In this document: positions 19,615-30,318 of the stretch, one piece after another | How positions within the stretch are numbered: position 1 is the stretch's first letter | Layout: each line of letters opens with the position of its first letter | Assembly: GCA_963753975.1 (NCBI GenBank) | Contig: CAVWEH010000005.1 | Coordinates: 256,001 to 320,000, forward strand | Reading direction: 5' to 3' | Origin: an uncultured delta proteobacterium | GTDB lineage: Bacteria; Desulfobacterota; Syntrophia; Syntrophales; Smithellaceae | Length of the DNA stretch: 64,000 bases | The notes under the pieces: generated by a model | Told to the model about the DNA's origin: nothing | Databases searched by the model: none | Seen by the model: only the letters and a program-made list of their open reading frames with translations | Program-made: the position numbers and the translations under genes

Positions 19615-21264
19615 TTAATTTCCAGTGGACACTATTTCTATCAGTGACGGATCATACTCTTTGGGTTTCTCATACCCCAGAAGATTCAGGAGAGTCGCCG
19701 CCACATTGGACAGACCTTTTTCTTTGATATCCGCCATGTGATATTCCCTCTGATACAAGGGATCATAGATTATAAAGGGAACCGGATTCAGGGTATGCGC
19801 CGTCTTTACAGATTTTGCGCCCTTTTTGTCTATCGTGAACATCTCATCCGCGTTGCCATGATCGGCGGTGATAACGGCAATGCCTCCCACCTCCTTTATG
19901 ACGGCCAGCAATTCTCCAACGCATTTATCCACCGTCTCCACCGCAATGATGGCTGCATCCATTATACCTGTGTGCCCAACCATGTCGCCGTTCGGGAAAT
20001 TGAGTCTTCCAAATCTGTAATTGCCGCTTTTCAGCAGGTTTATAACCGTATCTGTTATCTCTCGTGCCTTCATCTTTGGGACCTTGTCAAACTCGATCCT
20101 GTCGGAAGGTATCTCCACATATTTTTCCAGCGATTCATCGATGTAACCGGAACGGTTGCCGTTCCAGAAGTAAGTAACATGGCCGAACTTCTGGGTTTCG
20201 GAGACGGCAAATGTTTTTACCTTTTGGGCGCAAAGGTACTCGCTAATGGTATGATCTATAGCCGGAGGTTGCACAAGAAAATTGGGGGGGATGTGAGCAT
20301 CCCCGTCATACTCCATCATTCCCGCATAATATATATCCGGAAGAGGTCCCCTGTCGAATTCAGTGAATTCCTTCTCGGAAAATGCCCTTGATATCTCAAT
20401 GGCGCGGTCACCCCGGAAATTGAAAAAGATCACGGCATCCCCGTCATGGATAGTCCCGTTGGGCATCCCCGAGCGATCGGTTATAACAAACGCGGGCAGG
20501 TATTGATCCGTTGCCTTCGGGTCTTCTTTGTAAAAGGTCCTCACTGCATCGGAAGCGGATTGGAATTTCCTGCCCTTCCCGAGGACATGGGCATCCCATC
20601 CCCTTTTAACGATATTCCAGTCGGCATTGTACCTGTCCATTGTTACCTTCATACGTCCGCCTCCTGAGGCTATGGCGTAATCGAGACCTTTTTCCTCGGA
20701 GATCTTTTTCAGTTTTTTCTCTGTGGGAATAATATAATCAAGTGCCGTCCTCTCACCCACGTCCCTTCCGTCAAGAAGGGCATGGATTCTGACTCTTTTG
20801 AAATTCAGTTCAGCGCACTTGTCGATCATTATGTATAACTGCTCAATATGTGAATGGACATTCCCGTCCGATAACAGCCCGATAAAATGGATCGTTCCCC
20901 CATTTTGGGAACGCTTTACTATACTGTCCCAGACCTTGGATTGAAAGATACTTCCGGTCTGGAGCGCTTTGTTTACAAGACGGGCACCTTGGTCAAAGAC
21001 CCTCCCTGCCCCGATGGCATTGTGTCCTACCTCGCTGTTTCCCATATCGTCATCCGAGGGCAGTCCAACCGCCGTACCGTGGGCCTTCAGTTGCGTGTAT
21101 AGATTAGATTTGAACAATTGATCGAGGTTGGGGGTATCGGCCATGTAGACGGCGTTCGTTTCATCCGGTTTGCCTATGCCTACGCCATCCATGATAATCA
21201 ACAGTAGGGGGCCTTTTCTGCCGGAAAATGATTTTAATTTATTGAGATGTAACGACATTGGCAT
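19615..21264 (-). CDS. gpmI: 2,3-bisphosphoglycerate-independent phosphoglycerate mutase
   Basis: LIIMDGVG, MGNSEVGH, SDGNVHS, DGRD, NFRGDR, NGDMVGHTG, TADHGNAD, AHT. Confidence 0.96.
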   Translation of the reverse strand: MPMSLHLNKLKSFSGRKGPLLLIIMDGVGIGKPDETNAVYMADTPNLDQLFKSNLYTQLKAHGTAVGLPSDDDMGNSEVGHNAIGAGRVFDQGARLVNKALQTGSIFQSKVWDSIVKRSQNGGTIHFIGLLSDGNVHSHIEQLYIMIDKCAELNFKRVRIHALLDGRDVGERTALDYIIPTEKKLKKISEEKGLDYAIASGGGRMKVTMDRYNADWNIVKRGWDAHVLGKGRKFQSASDAVRTFYKEDPKATDQYLPAFVITDRSGMPNGTIHDGDAVIFFNFRGDRAIEISRAFSEKEFTEFDRGPLPDIYYAGMMEYDGDAHIPPNFLVQPPAIDHTISEYLCAQKVKTFAVSETQKFGHVTYFWNGNRSGYIDESLEKYVEIPSDRIEFDKVPKMKAREITDTVINLLKSGNYRFGRLNFPNGDMVGHTGIMDAAIIAVETVDKCVGELLAVIKEVGGIAVITADHGNADEMFTIDKKGAKSVKTAHTLNPVPFIIYDPLYQREYHMADIKEKGLSNVAATLLNLLGYEKPKEYDPSLIEIVSTGN

Positions 21265-21456
21265 ACTCCTTGATTACTAATTCTGATTCTAATTTTTCGT
21301 AGATTTCTTTATAGATAAAAGTGGATACTTGGTCAAGAAAAGAGATGCCGCGTTAAATAACCGCTGTCTCCTATAAAATCATTAGAAAATATGTTAATAT
21401 AGCTTGAGATCTAGATAAGATAAACTGTCATTTCAGCCACAAAATGTGGGGTTTAT

Positions 21457-21573
21457 GGAGATATCTTCTATAACTTGAAAGAAGCGAAGGCACTAATTGA
21501 AAAATGGCGATTAGAATACAATACGTTCAGGCCACAAAGTTCTTTGAATTACCGTCCTCCAGCGCCAGAGGCG
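21457..21573 (+). mobile_element. IS3-family transposase C-terminal relic
   Basis: Manual translation GDIFYNLKEAKALIEKWRLEYNTFRPQSSLNYRPPAPEA matches the typical IS3 integrase tail (W..YN..RPHSSL.Y.PP). No start codon or remaining gene. Confidence 0.8.
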
Positions 21574-21831
21574 TACCCAAGAGCGCTTGCCTTACGGGCG
21601 GATTGGGCCGAATGCCCGCCAAATATCTGATGGGCGTCGCGCTGGCGTACGCGGGAAAACTGCAAAAATTCGGTGCGTAATTGTTTCCGAATGAACTACC
21701 CGTTTGATGAATCCACCTTCCCCGAAGATACTCATGGGAGAAAACGGATTAATTATCAGTACCAGAAAAATAAGATGAAAAACAAAAAGGGTGGAAAAAT
21801 CCACCGTTTTTACTTATTAGATGAAATTGTT

Positions 21832-23123
21832 TTAGGTCCTTTCCAGAATAATGGACATTCCCTGCCCGCCGCCGATGCAAAGCGAGGCCAGCCCGCGTTT
21901 TAAATTCTTCTTTTTCATTTGCATAGCCAGCGTATAAGTAATGCGGGCGCCGGAGCAGCCGATCGGATGGCCTAGTCGAAATTCCGCCGCCGTTGAGATT
22001 ACACTTCTCCATATCAATGCCTAATTCTTTGATGCAGGCGAGCGATTGAGATGCAAAGGCTTCGTTTAATTCCACAAGATCAATATCCTTCATGGTTAAG
22101 TTGAGCTTTTGAAAAAGTTTTCTTGTCGCCGGAATGGGACCTAATCCCATATAGGCCGGATCAACCCCGCCGCTGGCAAATCCCCTGATTTTGGCCAGGG
22201 CTGTGAGTTTTAATTCCTCGGCTTTTTCAGCACTCATAACCACAACCGCGGCGGCGGCATCGTTAATCCCGGAAGCGTTCCCCGCCGTTACTGTGCCGTC
22301 TTTTTTGAAAACCGTCGGAAGTTTACTCATTTTTTCCAGCGATGTATCCATGGGACGCTCATCAACTTTAAAGATTTTCGGTTCGCCTTTTTTCTGCGGA
22401 ACGATAACAGGAACTATTTCATCGGCTACAGTTCCGGCGGCATTGGCCGCCCGCGCTCTTTGGTGGCTTCTCAAGGAAAATTCGTCCTGCTCTTGACGCG
22501 ATATTTTGTAGAGTGCGGCGATATTTTCCGCGGTTAAACCCATATGGTAGCCGTTAAATATTTCATAGAGACCGTCGTAAACCATCAAATCCGTAATCTG
22601 GCTGAAGGGCATGCTCATGCGATAGCCCCAGCGGGCATCCGGCAGCGCAAAAGGTGCGTTGCTCATGTTTTCCATACCGCCGGCGACAATAATTTCGGCA
22701 TCTCCTGACTGAATGGCCTGCGCTGCCAGGGCAATGGCCTTCAGGCCGGAGGCGCATACTTTATTCACGGTATAGGCATTGGTTTCTTCCGGAATGCCGG
22801 CATAGATCGACGACTGCCGTGCTACATTTTGGCCTAGCCCTGCCTGTAATACGTTGCCCATGATCACTTCGTCTATGTAGACCGATCTTCAAGGACTCCT
22901 TGTAATCATAATATTTCTTGTTGATTTCGGTCATTTCAAAATTACCTAAGGCCGCAGGGCGGAAGCTTCTCAACAAGTCATTAACCGATGGTCTCAGCCC
23001 CGCTCTCTTCAACGCCTCTTTGATGACCAAGGCCCCCATATCGGCGGTTTTCACACCTTTCAACGACCCGCCGAATTCTCCTACTGCAGTTCTGGCACCG
23101 CTCACGATTACCGCTTCTTTCAT
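21832..23123 (-). pseudogene. Acetyl-CoA acetyltransferase (thiolase), split by two single-base insertions (real or sequencing error)
   Basis: Three ORF pieces join into a full thiolase: [43 protein letters not shown]. Extra base near 22888 and near 21976. Confidence 0.88.
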
Positions 23124-23155
23124 TATTTGCTCCTTATAATTTTTATCGATGGGAT

Positions 23156-24622
23156 TCAGAAATCGCGCTTGTCGACAAACTCCACTTCTCTCGGCACTTT
23201 ATAGGAAGAAAGATAGATCCGGCAGAACCTGAGGATTTCTTTCTCATCGATCAGCAAGCCGTTATTTCTTACAATCTCCGCTTTAACAATTTCTCCCCGC
23301 ATCAGATCTTTTTTACCCACAACTCGTGCTTCCTTTACAGCCGGATTCATGTGCAGAACGTCTTCGACTTCTTTCGGGTAAACGTTAAATCCGCTGGTAA
23401 TGATCATTCTTTTTTTCAGGCCGGTAATAAAAACGTAATCATCATTATCCATTTTGCCTAAATCGCCGGTGTAGAGCCAGCCATCCTTAATAACAGCTGC
23501 CGTTGCCGCTTTGTCCTTATAATAGCCTTGCATGACGTTATCGCCTTTTACGATAAGCTCTCCTATTTTACCCCGGGGCAGTTCGCGGCCGTTTTCATCG
23601 ACAATTTTAATTTTCGTGCCGGGAACAGCCATGCCGATGGAACCCGGTTTTTGCGGCCTGTCGAGCATATTGAAAGAACAAGCGGGCGAGGCTTCCGTCA
23701 AACCATACCCTTCTACAACTTTTACGCCGAATTGTTTTTCGAAAGCGGGGATAAATTCGGCCGGCATCGGCGCTCCTCCGGTAACGCAAACGTCCAGAGA
23801 GCTGACATCGTAATTAGCCGCGCCTTCGTGAAACATCATTCCCAGATAAAGACGAGGCACGGCGCATATGTATGTGATTTTTTCTTTTTGAATAGCGCCA
23901 AAAAGGCCTTCCATCGTGAATCTATCCATCATCACCACGCTGCAGCCCGTACGCACAACATTGATCATGTTGACGGTCGAGCCAAAAGAGTGAAACAAAG
24001 GAATGAGACAGAGTCCTACGTCCAGATGAGTTCTTTTCACGCAAGAATGTATCAAATGAGACTGAGAATACAGATTGCGATGGGTGAGAACCGCTCCTAA
24101 AGATTTCCCGGTCAGACCGGATGTATAAATTATAGCAGCGGGATCTTCAGGAGATATTATCTGGGCCGGATTGGAAAAATTTCCGGCTTTCAAGGCCTTC
24201 CTAAAAGGCGAATTTTCAGCGGCAGAATCAATTGTAATTAAGTTTCGGCAGGTGGAGAGTTTATTTTGAATTTCCTCATATTTTTTCCGCGCCGCTTCCA
24301 CCGTCATTAATACTTTGGCATCGCTGTTTTCCAAGAAATAGCTCAGTTCATAAGGCGTAGAAGAAGTATTCAAGGGAACAGCAACGGCACCCAGTTTTAC
24401 CGCGGCAAAATAACAGTAAAAAAATTCGGGAATATTCGGAAGCATCAGAGCAACTTTATCGCCTTTGACCACACCTGTTTCGATTAGTAAATGCGCGACC
24501 GCGTTGACGGCACGATTCAACTGATCATAATTAATACGTTGGTTCTCAAAGATCAGAACCGTTCGGTCGGCGTAATTGTGGGCAGATTCTTCCAGTAAGA
24601 GCGCTAAATTAATTTTCTCCAA
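23156..24622 (-). CDS. Long-chain fatty acid--CoA ligase / AMP-binding enzyme
   Basis: YTSGLTGKSLG, EGYGLTE, YTGDLG, YKVPREV. TTG start with GGAGG. The C-terminal PKxxxGK catalytic-Lys segment seen in the other two ligases is not evident. Confidence 0.85.
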   Translation of the reverse strand: MEKINLALLLEESAHNYADRTVLIFENQRINYDQLNRAVNAVAHLLIETGVVKGDKVALMLPNIPEFFYCYFAAVKLGAVAVPLNTSSTPYELSYFLENSDAKVLMTVEAARKKYEEIQNKLSTCRNLITIDSAAENSPFRKALKAGNFSNPAQIISPEDPAAIIYTSGLTGKSLGAVLTHRNLYSQSHLIHSCVKRTHLDVGLCLIPLFHSFGSTVNMINVVRTGCSVVMMDRFTMEGLFGAIQKEKITYICAVPRLYLGMMFHEGAANYDVSSLDVCVTGGAPMPAEFIPAFEKQFGVKVVEGYGLTEASPACSFNMLDRPQKPGSIGMAVPGTKIKIVDENGRELPRGKIGELIVKGDNVMQGYYKDKAATAAVIKDGWLYTGDLGKMDNDDYVFITGLKKRMIITSGFNVYPKEVEDVLHMNPAVKEARVVGKKDLMRGEIVKAEIVRNNGLLIDEKEILRFCRIYLSSYKVPREVEFVDKRDF

Positions 24623-24866
24623 AACCTTCGCACCTCCGCGAAATTTGCGTGTTTACTTAGCACAAGAAACGGCTATTTTTCAACAAGATAATAAAAGCTG
24701 GGCGATATTTACCCGCGTTGGAAAAAAAGCAGTTTTTTGCTTGCCTGTATGGAGATTTTACCCTATAATTCGCGACGGTTTTTATAAGCTCGGCATCCTG
24801 CTCATATTAAGTTGTCTCCAACTCGATACCTCTAAGTTGACTTAAGGCGATTAAAAGGAGGATCAA

Positions 24867-25397
24867 ATGAAAAATGTTTTGGCAGTTGTTTTTTTTGTTT
24901 TATTGGGGAGCGCCCCTTTTGCCTGGGCGGATGAGTTGAAAATCGGCGAAAAGGCCCCCAATTTCTCTCTGCAAGATTATTCGGGAAAAATTTATACTCT
25001 CGATTCACAAGAGTTCCAGGGACGGGTTATTTCTATTTTCTATAACGATCCCGATAAAAAAAACTCGAATAAGCACGTTGAAGATGCTTTGTTCAAAGAC
25101 GATGGGCTGGATCGAAAAAACAATTACATGAATTTATGCATTACTAATCTCAAAGCCGGCAAATTACCCAATATAATTATAAAACGGGTAATGAAAAGCA
25201 GACAGGAAAAGACCGGCTCGGTTATATTGCTGGATCCGGATTACAGTATAATAAAAGCATGGGGACTCAAAAATTACTCTTCCGATATCGTTGTTTTGGA
25301 CAAGGAAAGAATCTGCCGCTATATTTACAACGGCGAGCTCCCGCGGGAAGAAGTGGAAAAACTAGTAAACATCATTAAGGAATATCAAATAAAATAA
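24867..25397 (+). CDS. Exported thioredoxin-fold protein (YtfJ/redoxin-like, no CxxC)
   Basis: Signal peptide (AWA-DE), LKIGEKAPNFSLQD, LLDPD, VVLDK; AGGAGG RBS. Confidence 0.65.
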   Translation: MKNVLAVVFFVLLGSAPFAWADELKIGEKAPNFSLQDYSGKIYTLDSQEFQGRVISIFYNDPDKKNSNKHVEDALFKDDGLDRKNNYMNLCITNLKAGKLPNIIIKRVMKSRQEKTGSVILLDPDYSIIKAWGLKNYSSDIVVLDKERICRYIYNGELPREEVEKLVNIIKEYQIK

Positions 25398-25481
25398 ATT
25401 AATTAAATTTAGATTCTCCCAGGTAAGCCGTGCTTACTGTCAAACAGGTAGAATTTTGCGATATTGCAAGCGAGAGAGCTT

Positions 25482-26330
25482 ATGGCCGTAATCATTGATG
25501 GAAACTCGATAGCACAGGAAATTCGTCAAGCGGTGAGCGAGGAGGCTTTGGCTTTAAAAGAAAAAACCGGTGTTGTGCCGGGACTTGCCGTAATTCTCGT
25601 TGGAGAAGACCCTGCATCAAAGGTCTATGTAGCTGGAAAAACCAAGGCCTGCACTCAAGCCGGTTTTTTATCCCGTGAGTTTAAGCTTCCCGCCGATACA
25701 AGTGAAACAAAGCTTTTGGATATAATCAATAAATTAAATGCGGACAAACTTATTCACGGTATTCTGGTACAACTTCCTCTGCCCAAACATATCCATCCCG
25801 ATAAAATTATTGCCGCTATTGACCCGCGCAAAGATGTCGACGGTTTTCACCCTTACAACATGGGGAAGCTTGTCGCCGGAAATCCTCTATATGTTCCTTG
25901 CACACCGAGGGGCATCATGGAATTAATCAGTCGCACGGGCATTGAGCTTGCGGGAAAAGAGGCGGTAGTTGTGGGACGCAGTAATATTGTCGGCAAACCC
26001 ACGGCGCTTTTGCTTCTGGCTCAAAACGCCACAGTTACGATTTGCCATTCGCGCACAAAAAACCTTTCCACCGTCACCGGGCGCGCCGATATTTTGATCG
26101 CCGCCGTGGGCAAAACCCGGATGATTAAAGCGGATATGGTCAAAAAAGACGCCGTTGTAATCGATGTGGGCGTAAATCGTTTGGAAAACGGAAAACTTGC
26201 AGGGGACGTGGCTTTTGAAGAAGTGGCAGTTAAGGCATCCTATATTACACCGGTACCCGGGGGTGTGGGACCGATGACTATTGCCATGCTAATAAAAAAC
26301 ACGCTTGAGGCTGCAAGGAATGCTTTATAA
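25482..26330 (+). CDS. folD: Methylenetetrahydrofolate dehydrogenase/cyclohydrolase
   Basis: GILVQLPLP, KDVDGFHP, PCTP, GRSNIVGKP, DVGVN, TPVPGGVGPMT. Confidence 0.97.
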   Translation: MAVIIDGNSIAQEIRQAVSEEALALKEKTGVVPGLAVILVGEDPASKVYVAGKTKACTQAGFLSREFKLPADTSETKLLDIINKLNADKLIHGILVQLPLPKHIHPDKIIAAIDPRKDVDGFHPYNMGKLVAGNPLYVPCTPRGIMELISRTGIELAGKEAVVVGRSNIVGKPTALLLLAQNATVTICHSRTKNLSTVTGRADILIAAVGKTRMIKADMVKKDAVVIDVGVNRLENGKLAGDVAFEEVAVKASYITPVPGGVGPMTIAMLIKNTLEAARNAL

Positions 26331-26344
26331 TTTTGCCCGACTCA

Positions 26345-26523
26345 CTAGGATAATAATCCCAACAAGCGGAATATTTTTTCAAAACGCATTTCCCACGTGT
26401 GCTCTCGTAGGGCACGCTTACACGCTTCTGTCCTTATAGATTTTGCTTCCGCCTGATGACTTAGGTAATAATTAATTTTCGAGATGAGTTAATTGAGGTA
26501 GGAGTAAGTTAAAATTCCTTCCC
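26345..26523 (-). pseudogene. C-terminal relic of a CgeB-like glycosyltransferase
   Basis: Manual translation ...LISKINYYLSHQAEAKSIRTEACKRALREHTWEMRFEKIFRLLGLLS*; upstream part is degenerate with an in-frame stop. Confidence 0.6.
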
Positions 26524-26570
26524 CCTCGAGCTAGCAAGGTAACGTTTTCCCCCATAAACTACAATCCTGA

Positions 26571-27422
26571 CTATATATATTTTTTAGCTACAACCGCGAA
26601 GCTGTGTCCCGAATAAAACTTTGCGATAATACGGGCAACAAATGATGGTAAAAAAGCGTTTTCTAGCTTTTGTTTTAGGTATTCTGATAGATAATGTTTC
26701 TTGCGAATAACGGAAAATCCATGTTTACTAAGTAAAAGAAAAAGAGAGCTTTTTGTAAAGTGATAGAAGTGGTAGGGTATTTGCCACCCCAGCCAATTGT
26801 TCCACGTTTTAATAGCATCATGAGAGGTATAATTAGGAACATCCACAACTAAAAGACCATCATCTTTCAACCAGCGGCGAGTGTTTTGCATGTAAACGTT
26901 CGGATCGACAGTATGTTCCAATGAGTGCCACATGGTAATGACATCAAAACTTTTTTCGGGTAGGTTGATACTGCTGACATCTCCTAAATGAACTGGAATC
27001 TTTAATTCTTTGCTGACATATATGGATGCATCGGTGGAAATATCTATTCCTTCAACTTCATATCCCCGCTTACGGCAGGCCAGCAGAAAGTAGCCGCGTC
27101 CGCAGCCGATATCTAAAACTTTCCCACTTTTTTTGAATTTATAAAAAAACCGCAAACGATGATCTTCCTGTCTTAATCGCTGTTTCATTTTTGCTGAGTT
27201 TAAGGCGAGTTCTTCTTGATACTGACTTTGAAAATAATCCTCCGTATAGAGCCTGTTTAATTCGTCTTTGCCGGGACGGGGATCAAGCACACCTAACCCG
27301 CAATTTTCACACTTATATACCTGCCAATTGTCTTTGGAGTGCAGAAGGCTGTACTTGGAACTACCACAGAGAATGCAGGAGAAATTAGATCTTTCCACGG
27401 CTAAATATTTTTTCTTTTTCAA
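26571..27422 (-). CDS. Class I SAM-dependent methyltransferase with N-terminal Zn-ribbon (glycan-locus type)
   Basis: CILC...CENC, VLDIGCGRG, FDVITMWHSLEH, VPN. Confidence 0.88.
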   Translation of the reverse strand: MKKKKYLAVERSNFSCILCGSSKYSLLHSKDNWQVYKCENCGLGVLDPRPGKDELNRLYTEDYFQSQYQEELALNSAKMKQRLRQEDHRLRFFYKFKKSGKVLDIGCGRGYFLLACRKRGYEVEGIDISTDASIYVSKELKIPVHLGDVSSINLPEKSFDVITMWHSLEHTVDPNVYMQNTRRWLKDDGLLVVDVPNYTSHDAIKTWNNWLGWQIPYHFYHFTKSSLFLLLSKHGFSVIRKKHYLSEYLKQKLENAFLPSFVARIIAKFYSGHSFAVVAKKYI

Positions 27423-27527
27423 TGCATTATATAAAACAAATCCATCATGATAATATAACTTACAAAATTTAAACGATCATAGCAGCCATAAGTGAATATA
27501 TAAATAAATTTTAATAGTTATCAGCCT

Positions 27528-29183
27528 TTAAACCTGAGCCATATTCAAGGCTATTTTGCAGCATTCTATTTTTTTTGAACTTATCTTTTGATTCAGAACT
27601 TGGTAAAGGATGATTCTCCCCGTATCCCGATGTTTCCATTCTTTCAACTGCTTTAAATCGGCCGGCTTCACGGATTGTAAAAAAGCAAACTTATCTTGGG
27701 GCCAATGCTTCTCTTCCCAGACGATATAACGGATGTGTCGCATCCGCATATTGTGGATAAAGTCGTCATAATTGCTGCCTAAAATGTTTTCGTCCTCATG
27801 CCAGTTGATGTATTTATCCGGGCACGGCGCCCCTTGAACATGAAGGTTGGCATAGAAATCATTCAGGCGCCAGGAACCACCGAGAGTAATCATTTGGATT
27901 TCGCCGGAGCTGCCGTCCAGACGGGCAATCGTTTCGCCGATCTCCTTGTAAATGAGCTTATCCGCCTCCTGGACTTTCATATCTTTGGGCAGCGTAAACA
28001 CCAGCACGACAATGCACAAGGACAAAACCACCATCTTATCTGATAATCCGGATCGCCGCTGCACCCAATGAACCAACTTTTCCGCACCGAAGCCGACAAG
28101 AATGGTGGAAGGAAGGATGACCATGACCAGGTTCCGGTTTTCGATAGACCAGACATTCAGGACGAAAAGATACAGAACAACAAGACCAATGACCGTGGTC
28201 AGGATCAGCGGCAGGAGCCTCCTGTCACTCCGCATTCTGTCCCTCAATCCTCCCAGGCCATAGAGCATGAGGAAGAAAAAAGGATAAAAAAAGGCCTCCA
28301 TGGCGTTAGTCAGGACAACGCCCAGGGCGGTGAACCAGATCAGGGTCCGGGAATTTTCAATGAAAAAACCAGAGATGCCTGGTGGAGGATTGAGAACGAG
28401 TGGCGTAAGGTTTGTCTCAAGATTGTGATACTGCTCAAATGTGTTCATTATTTTATCGGGGATTTCTCCGAATCGGTACCAGTAAAAACTGTCCGGATGC
28501 CGGAGGAGTTGAACCACTATAAAACATGACATCGCCAAAACAATCGGGGAAACATAGAGAAACAGTGCCTTGAGTCTCCGGCCTTTAAAGACCATGAGGG
28601 TGTAAAGGAAGCCACCCGTGATAAAGACGATGCCTTCGATGCGCGTCGCCGTTGCAACGATGAAAGAAAGACTGCTGAGAATAAGAACGACGGGAGTGTC
28701 TCTTTCGTCATCATACACCAGGAGGTATAATCCCAGGACGGAAAAAAACCAGTACGAGGGATCCCTTATGACATTGACACTCTGAACAACAAAAAGAGGC
28801 AACATTACAAAAATGAAGGTTGTGAGGAAACTCGTTTTTTCATCCAGGAAGCGACGCAGGAAAAGGTAGAGAGGAATGATAGTCAGCGTCCCGAAGATGA
28901 GATTGACGGCCATCGCCGCATGAACCCAGTCGCCCGTAACAGGATAAGTTACGGCAATGAGGATGGAGTATAATGTCAGATAATCTACCGCAGAGCAGTT
29001 ATTGATGGCTTGCCAGAGACCGTAGTAGAGGGCTCGGGCCTGATGGATATAGACGGGACCATCCGTGTTCATCATCAGGGTATGAGTAAAGGCAAAAAGA
29101 CGGATCGCGAAAGCCAAAACGACAAGAATGATAAGAGGGCCAATAATGGCTTTACTGTCCTTTTGAAAAATCATGCGTCCCAA
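27528..29183 (-). CDS. Polytopic membrane glycosyltransferase (GT-C, ArnT/PMT-like)
   Basis: First TM followed by DGPVY, then IRD and TRIEG motifs, many TM helices and a soluble C-terminal domain. Confidence 0.7.
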   Translation of the reverse strand: MGRMIFQKDSKAIIGPLIILVVLAFAIRLFAFTHTLMMNTDGPVYIHQARALYYGLWQAINNCSAVDYLTLYSILIAVTYPVTGDWVHAAMAVNLIFGTLTIIPLYLFLRRFLDEKTSFLTTFIFVMLPLFVVQSVNVIRDPSYWFFSVLGLYLLVYDDERDTPVVLILSSLSFIVATATRIEGIVFITGGFLYTLMVFKGRRLKALFLYVSPIVLAMSCFIVVQLLRHPDSFYWYRFGEIPDKIMNTFEQYHNLETNLTPLVLNPPPGISGFFIENSRTLIWFTALGVVLTNAMEAFFYPFFFLMLYGLGGLRDRMRSDRRLLPLILTTVIGLVVLYLFVLNVWSIENRNLVMVILPSTILVGFGAEKLVHWVQRRSGLSDKMVVLSLCIVVLVFTLPKDMKVQEADKLIYKEIGETIARLDGSSGEIQMITLGGSWRLNDFYANLHVQGAPCPDKYINWHEDENILGSNYDDFIHNMRMRHIRYIVWEEKHWPQDKFAFLQSVKPADLKQLKEWKHRDTGRIILYQVLNQKISSKKIECCKIALNMAQV

Positions 29184-29416
29184 TCCGTTGAACCTCGAGA
29201 ATAATTCATAATTTTAACTTGTATTTATGTATTTTAATATAGCACATAAATCTATTATTATATAGATTTGTTTAAATCGATCGCCGTATATTCATTGAAA
29301 AATCAATTGTCGAAATTTTTTAAACCCTGAACCAATGACAACCGGTATTTTACACGGCGTAAAAGAATGTCCGCCATAAGCCTTTTGTATGCTTGCTTCA
29401 GCACGGAGCGATTATG

Positions 29417-30273
29417 TCAAGTTCGATTCGTTTCTAAAACGATTTTATAGCACTCCATTTTATTTTTCAGTTTTTCTTTATCTCTTGAAAAAGGCAGCTG
29501 AAGTTTCAAGGTGATTAATCTATAATAGGCTTTCATTTTATGCGCTTTTTTAATGCGCTCAATCGTTGAAGGCAAATAATGTTTTTCGTAAAATAAAGAT
29601 TCCGCCTGCAAGTTTTTTGTAAAAAGCGCGGGCGGTGCTGTTCCGATTTCACTTTGACCGCCCCAGTGAAATACTTCGGCATCTTCAATATATCCTATGG
29701 AAAAACCTTTTTCACGAATGCGCCAGGCTAGATCCTGATCTTCTCCATATAGGAAGAAATCTTCGTCGAATCCATGCAATTCATCAATCAGCGGTTTGCG
29801 GGCGATCATAAAAGCGCCCAGAACACAGGCGATATTTCCCCCAAGACCTGCTGTTTCGCCGGCAGCGAATTTTTCTCCAGGGTATCGATAGGATACGGAT
29901 TCCTGCAAAGTTCCGTCTGGATTCAGAATTTTTGCCCCGGCCAACCCGACATGCTGATTTGCATCCATAAAGGCTACGGCGTTTTGCAGAGTATCCGGCT
30001 TAACCGTTGTGTCCGGATTGAGAAAAATAACGTAGCGCCCCCGGCAATCTTTTAACGCCTGATTGTTGGCTGCGCCAAATCCCCTGTTTTCCTGTTGGCA
30101 ATCAGCTGAACTTCAGGGAAACGCTCTGCCATCATTTGGACACTTTTATCCGTTGAAGCAGTTATCAACAACAAACATTTCTTTTTCCATACCGTAGGAA
30201 GCTTGCAGGAAGCAAGACAGTCCAGCAGCAAATCAGCGGTATTGTAGGAAACAATTATTATTGAAATATCCAT
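29417..30273 (-). pseudogene. GT2 glycosyltransferase with several single-base indels in the 5' part
   Basis: ISIIIVSYN, VVDN(A)S, N.GFGAANNQ, FLNPD and FDEDFFLYGEDQD can be reconstructed across frames; indels near 30205, 30160 and 30090. Confidence 0.82.
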
Positions 30274-30318
30274 AAATTTCTACTTTGGCTCATATCTTAC
30301 GGTCTCTGCCTTTTAATA

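Noticed and set aside
21671..21698. GGTGCGTAAT resembling the XerC arm of dif
   Set aside because: No XerD arm (TTATGTTAAAT) at the required spacing.
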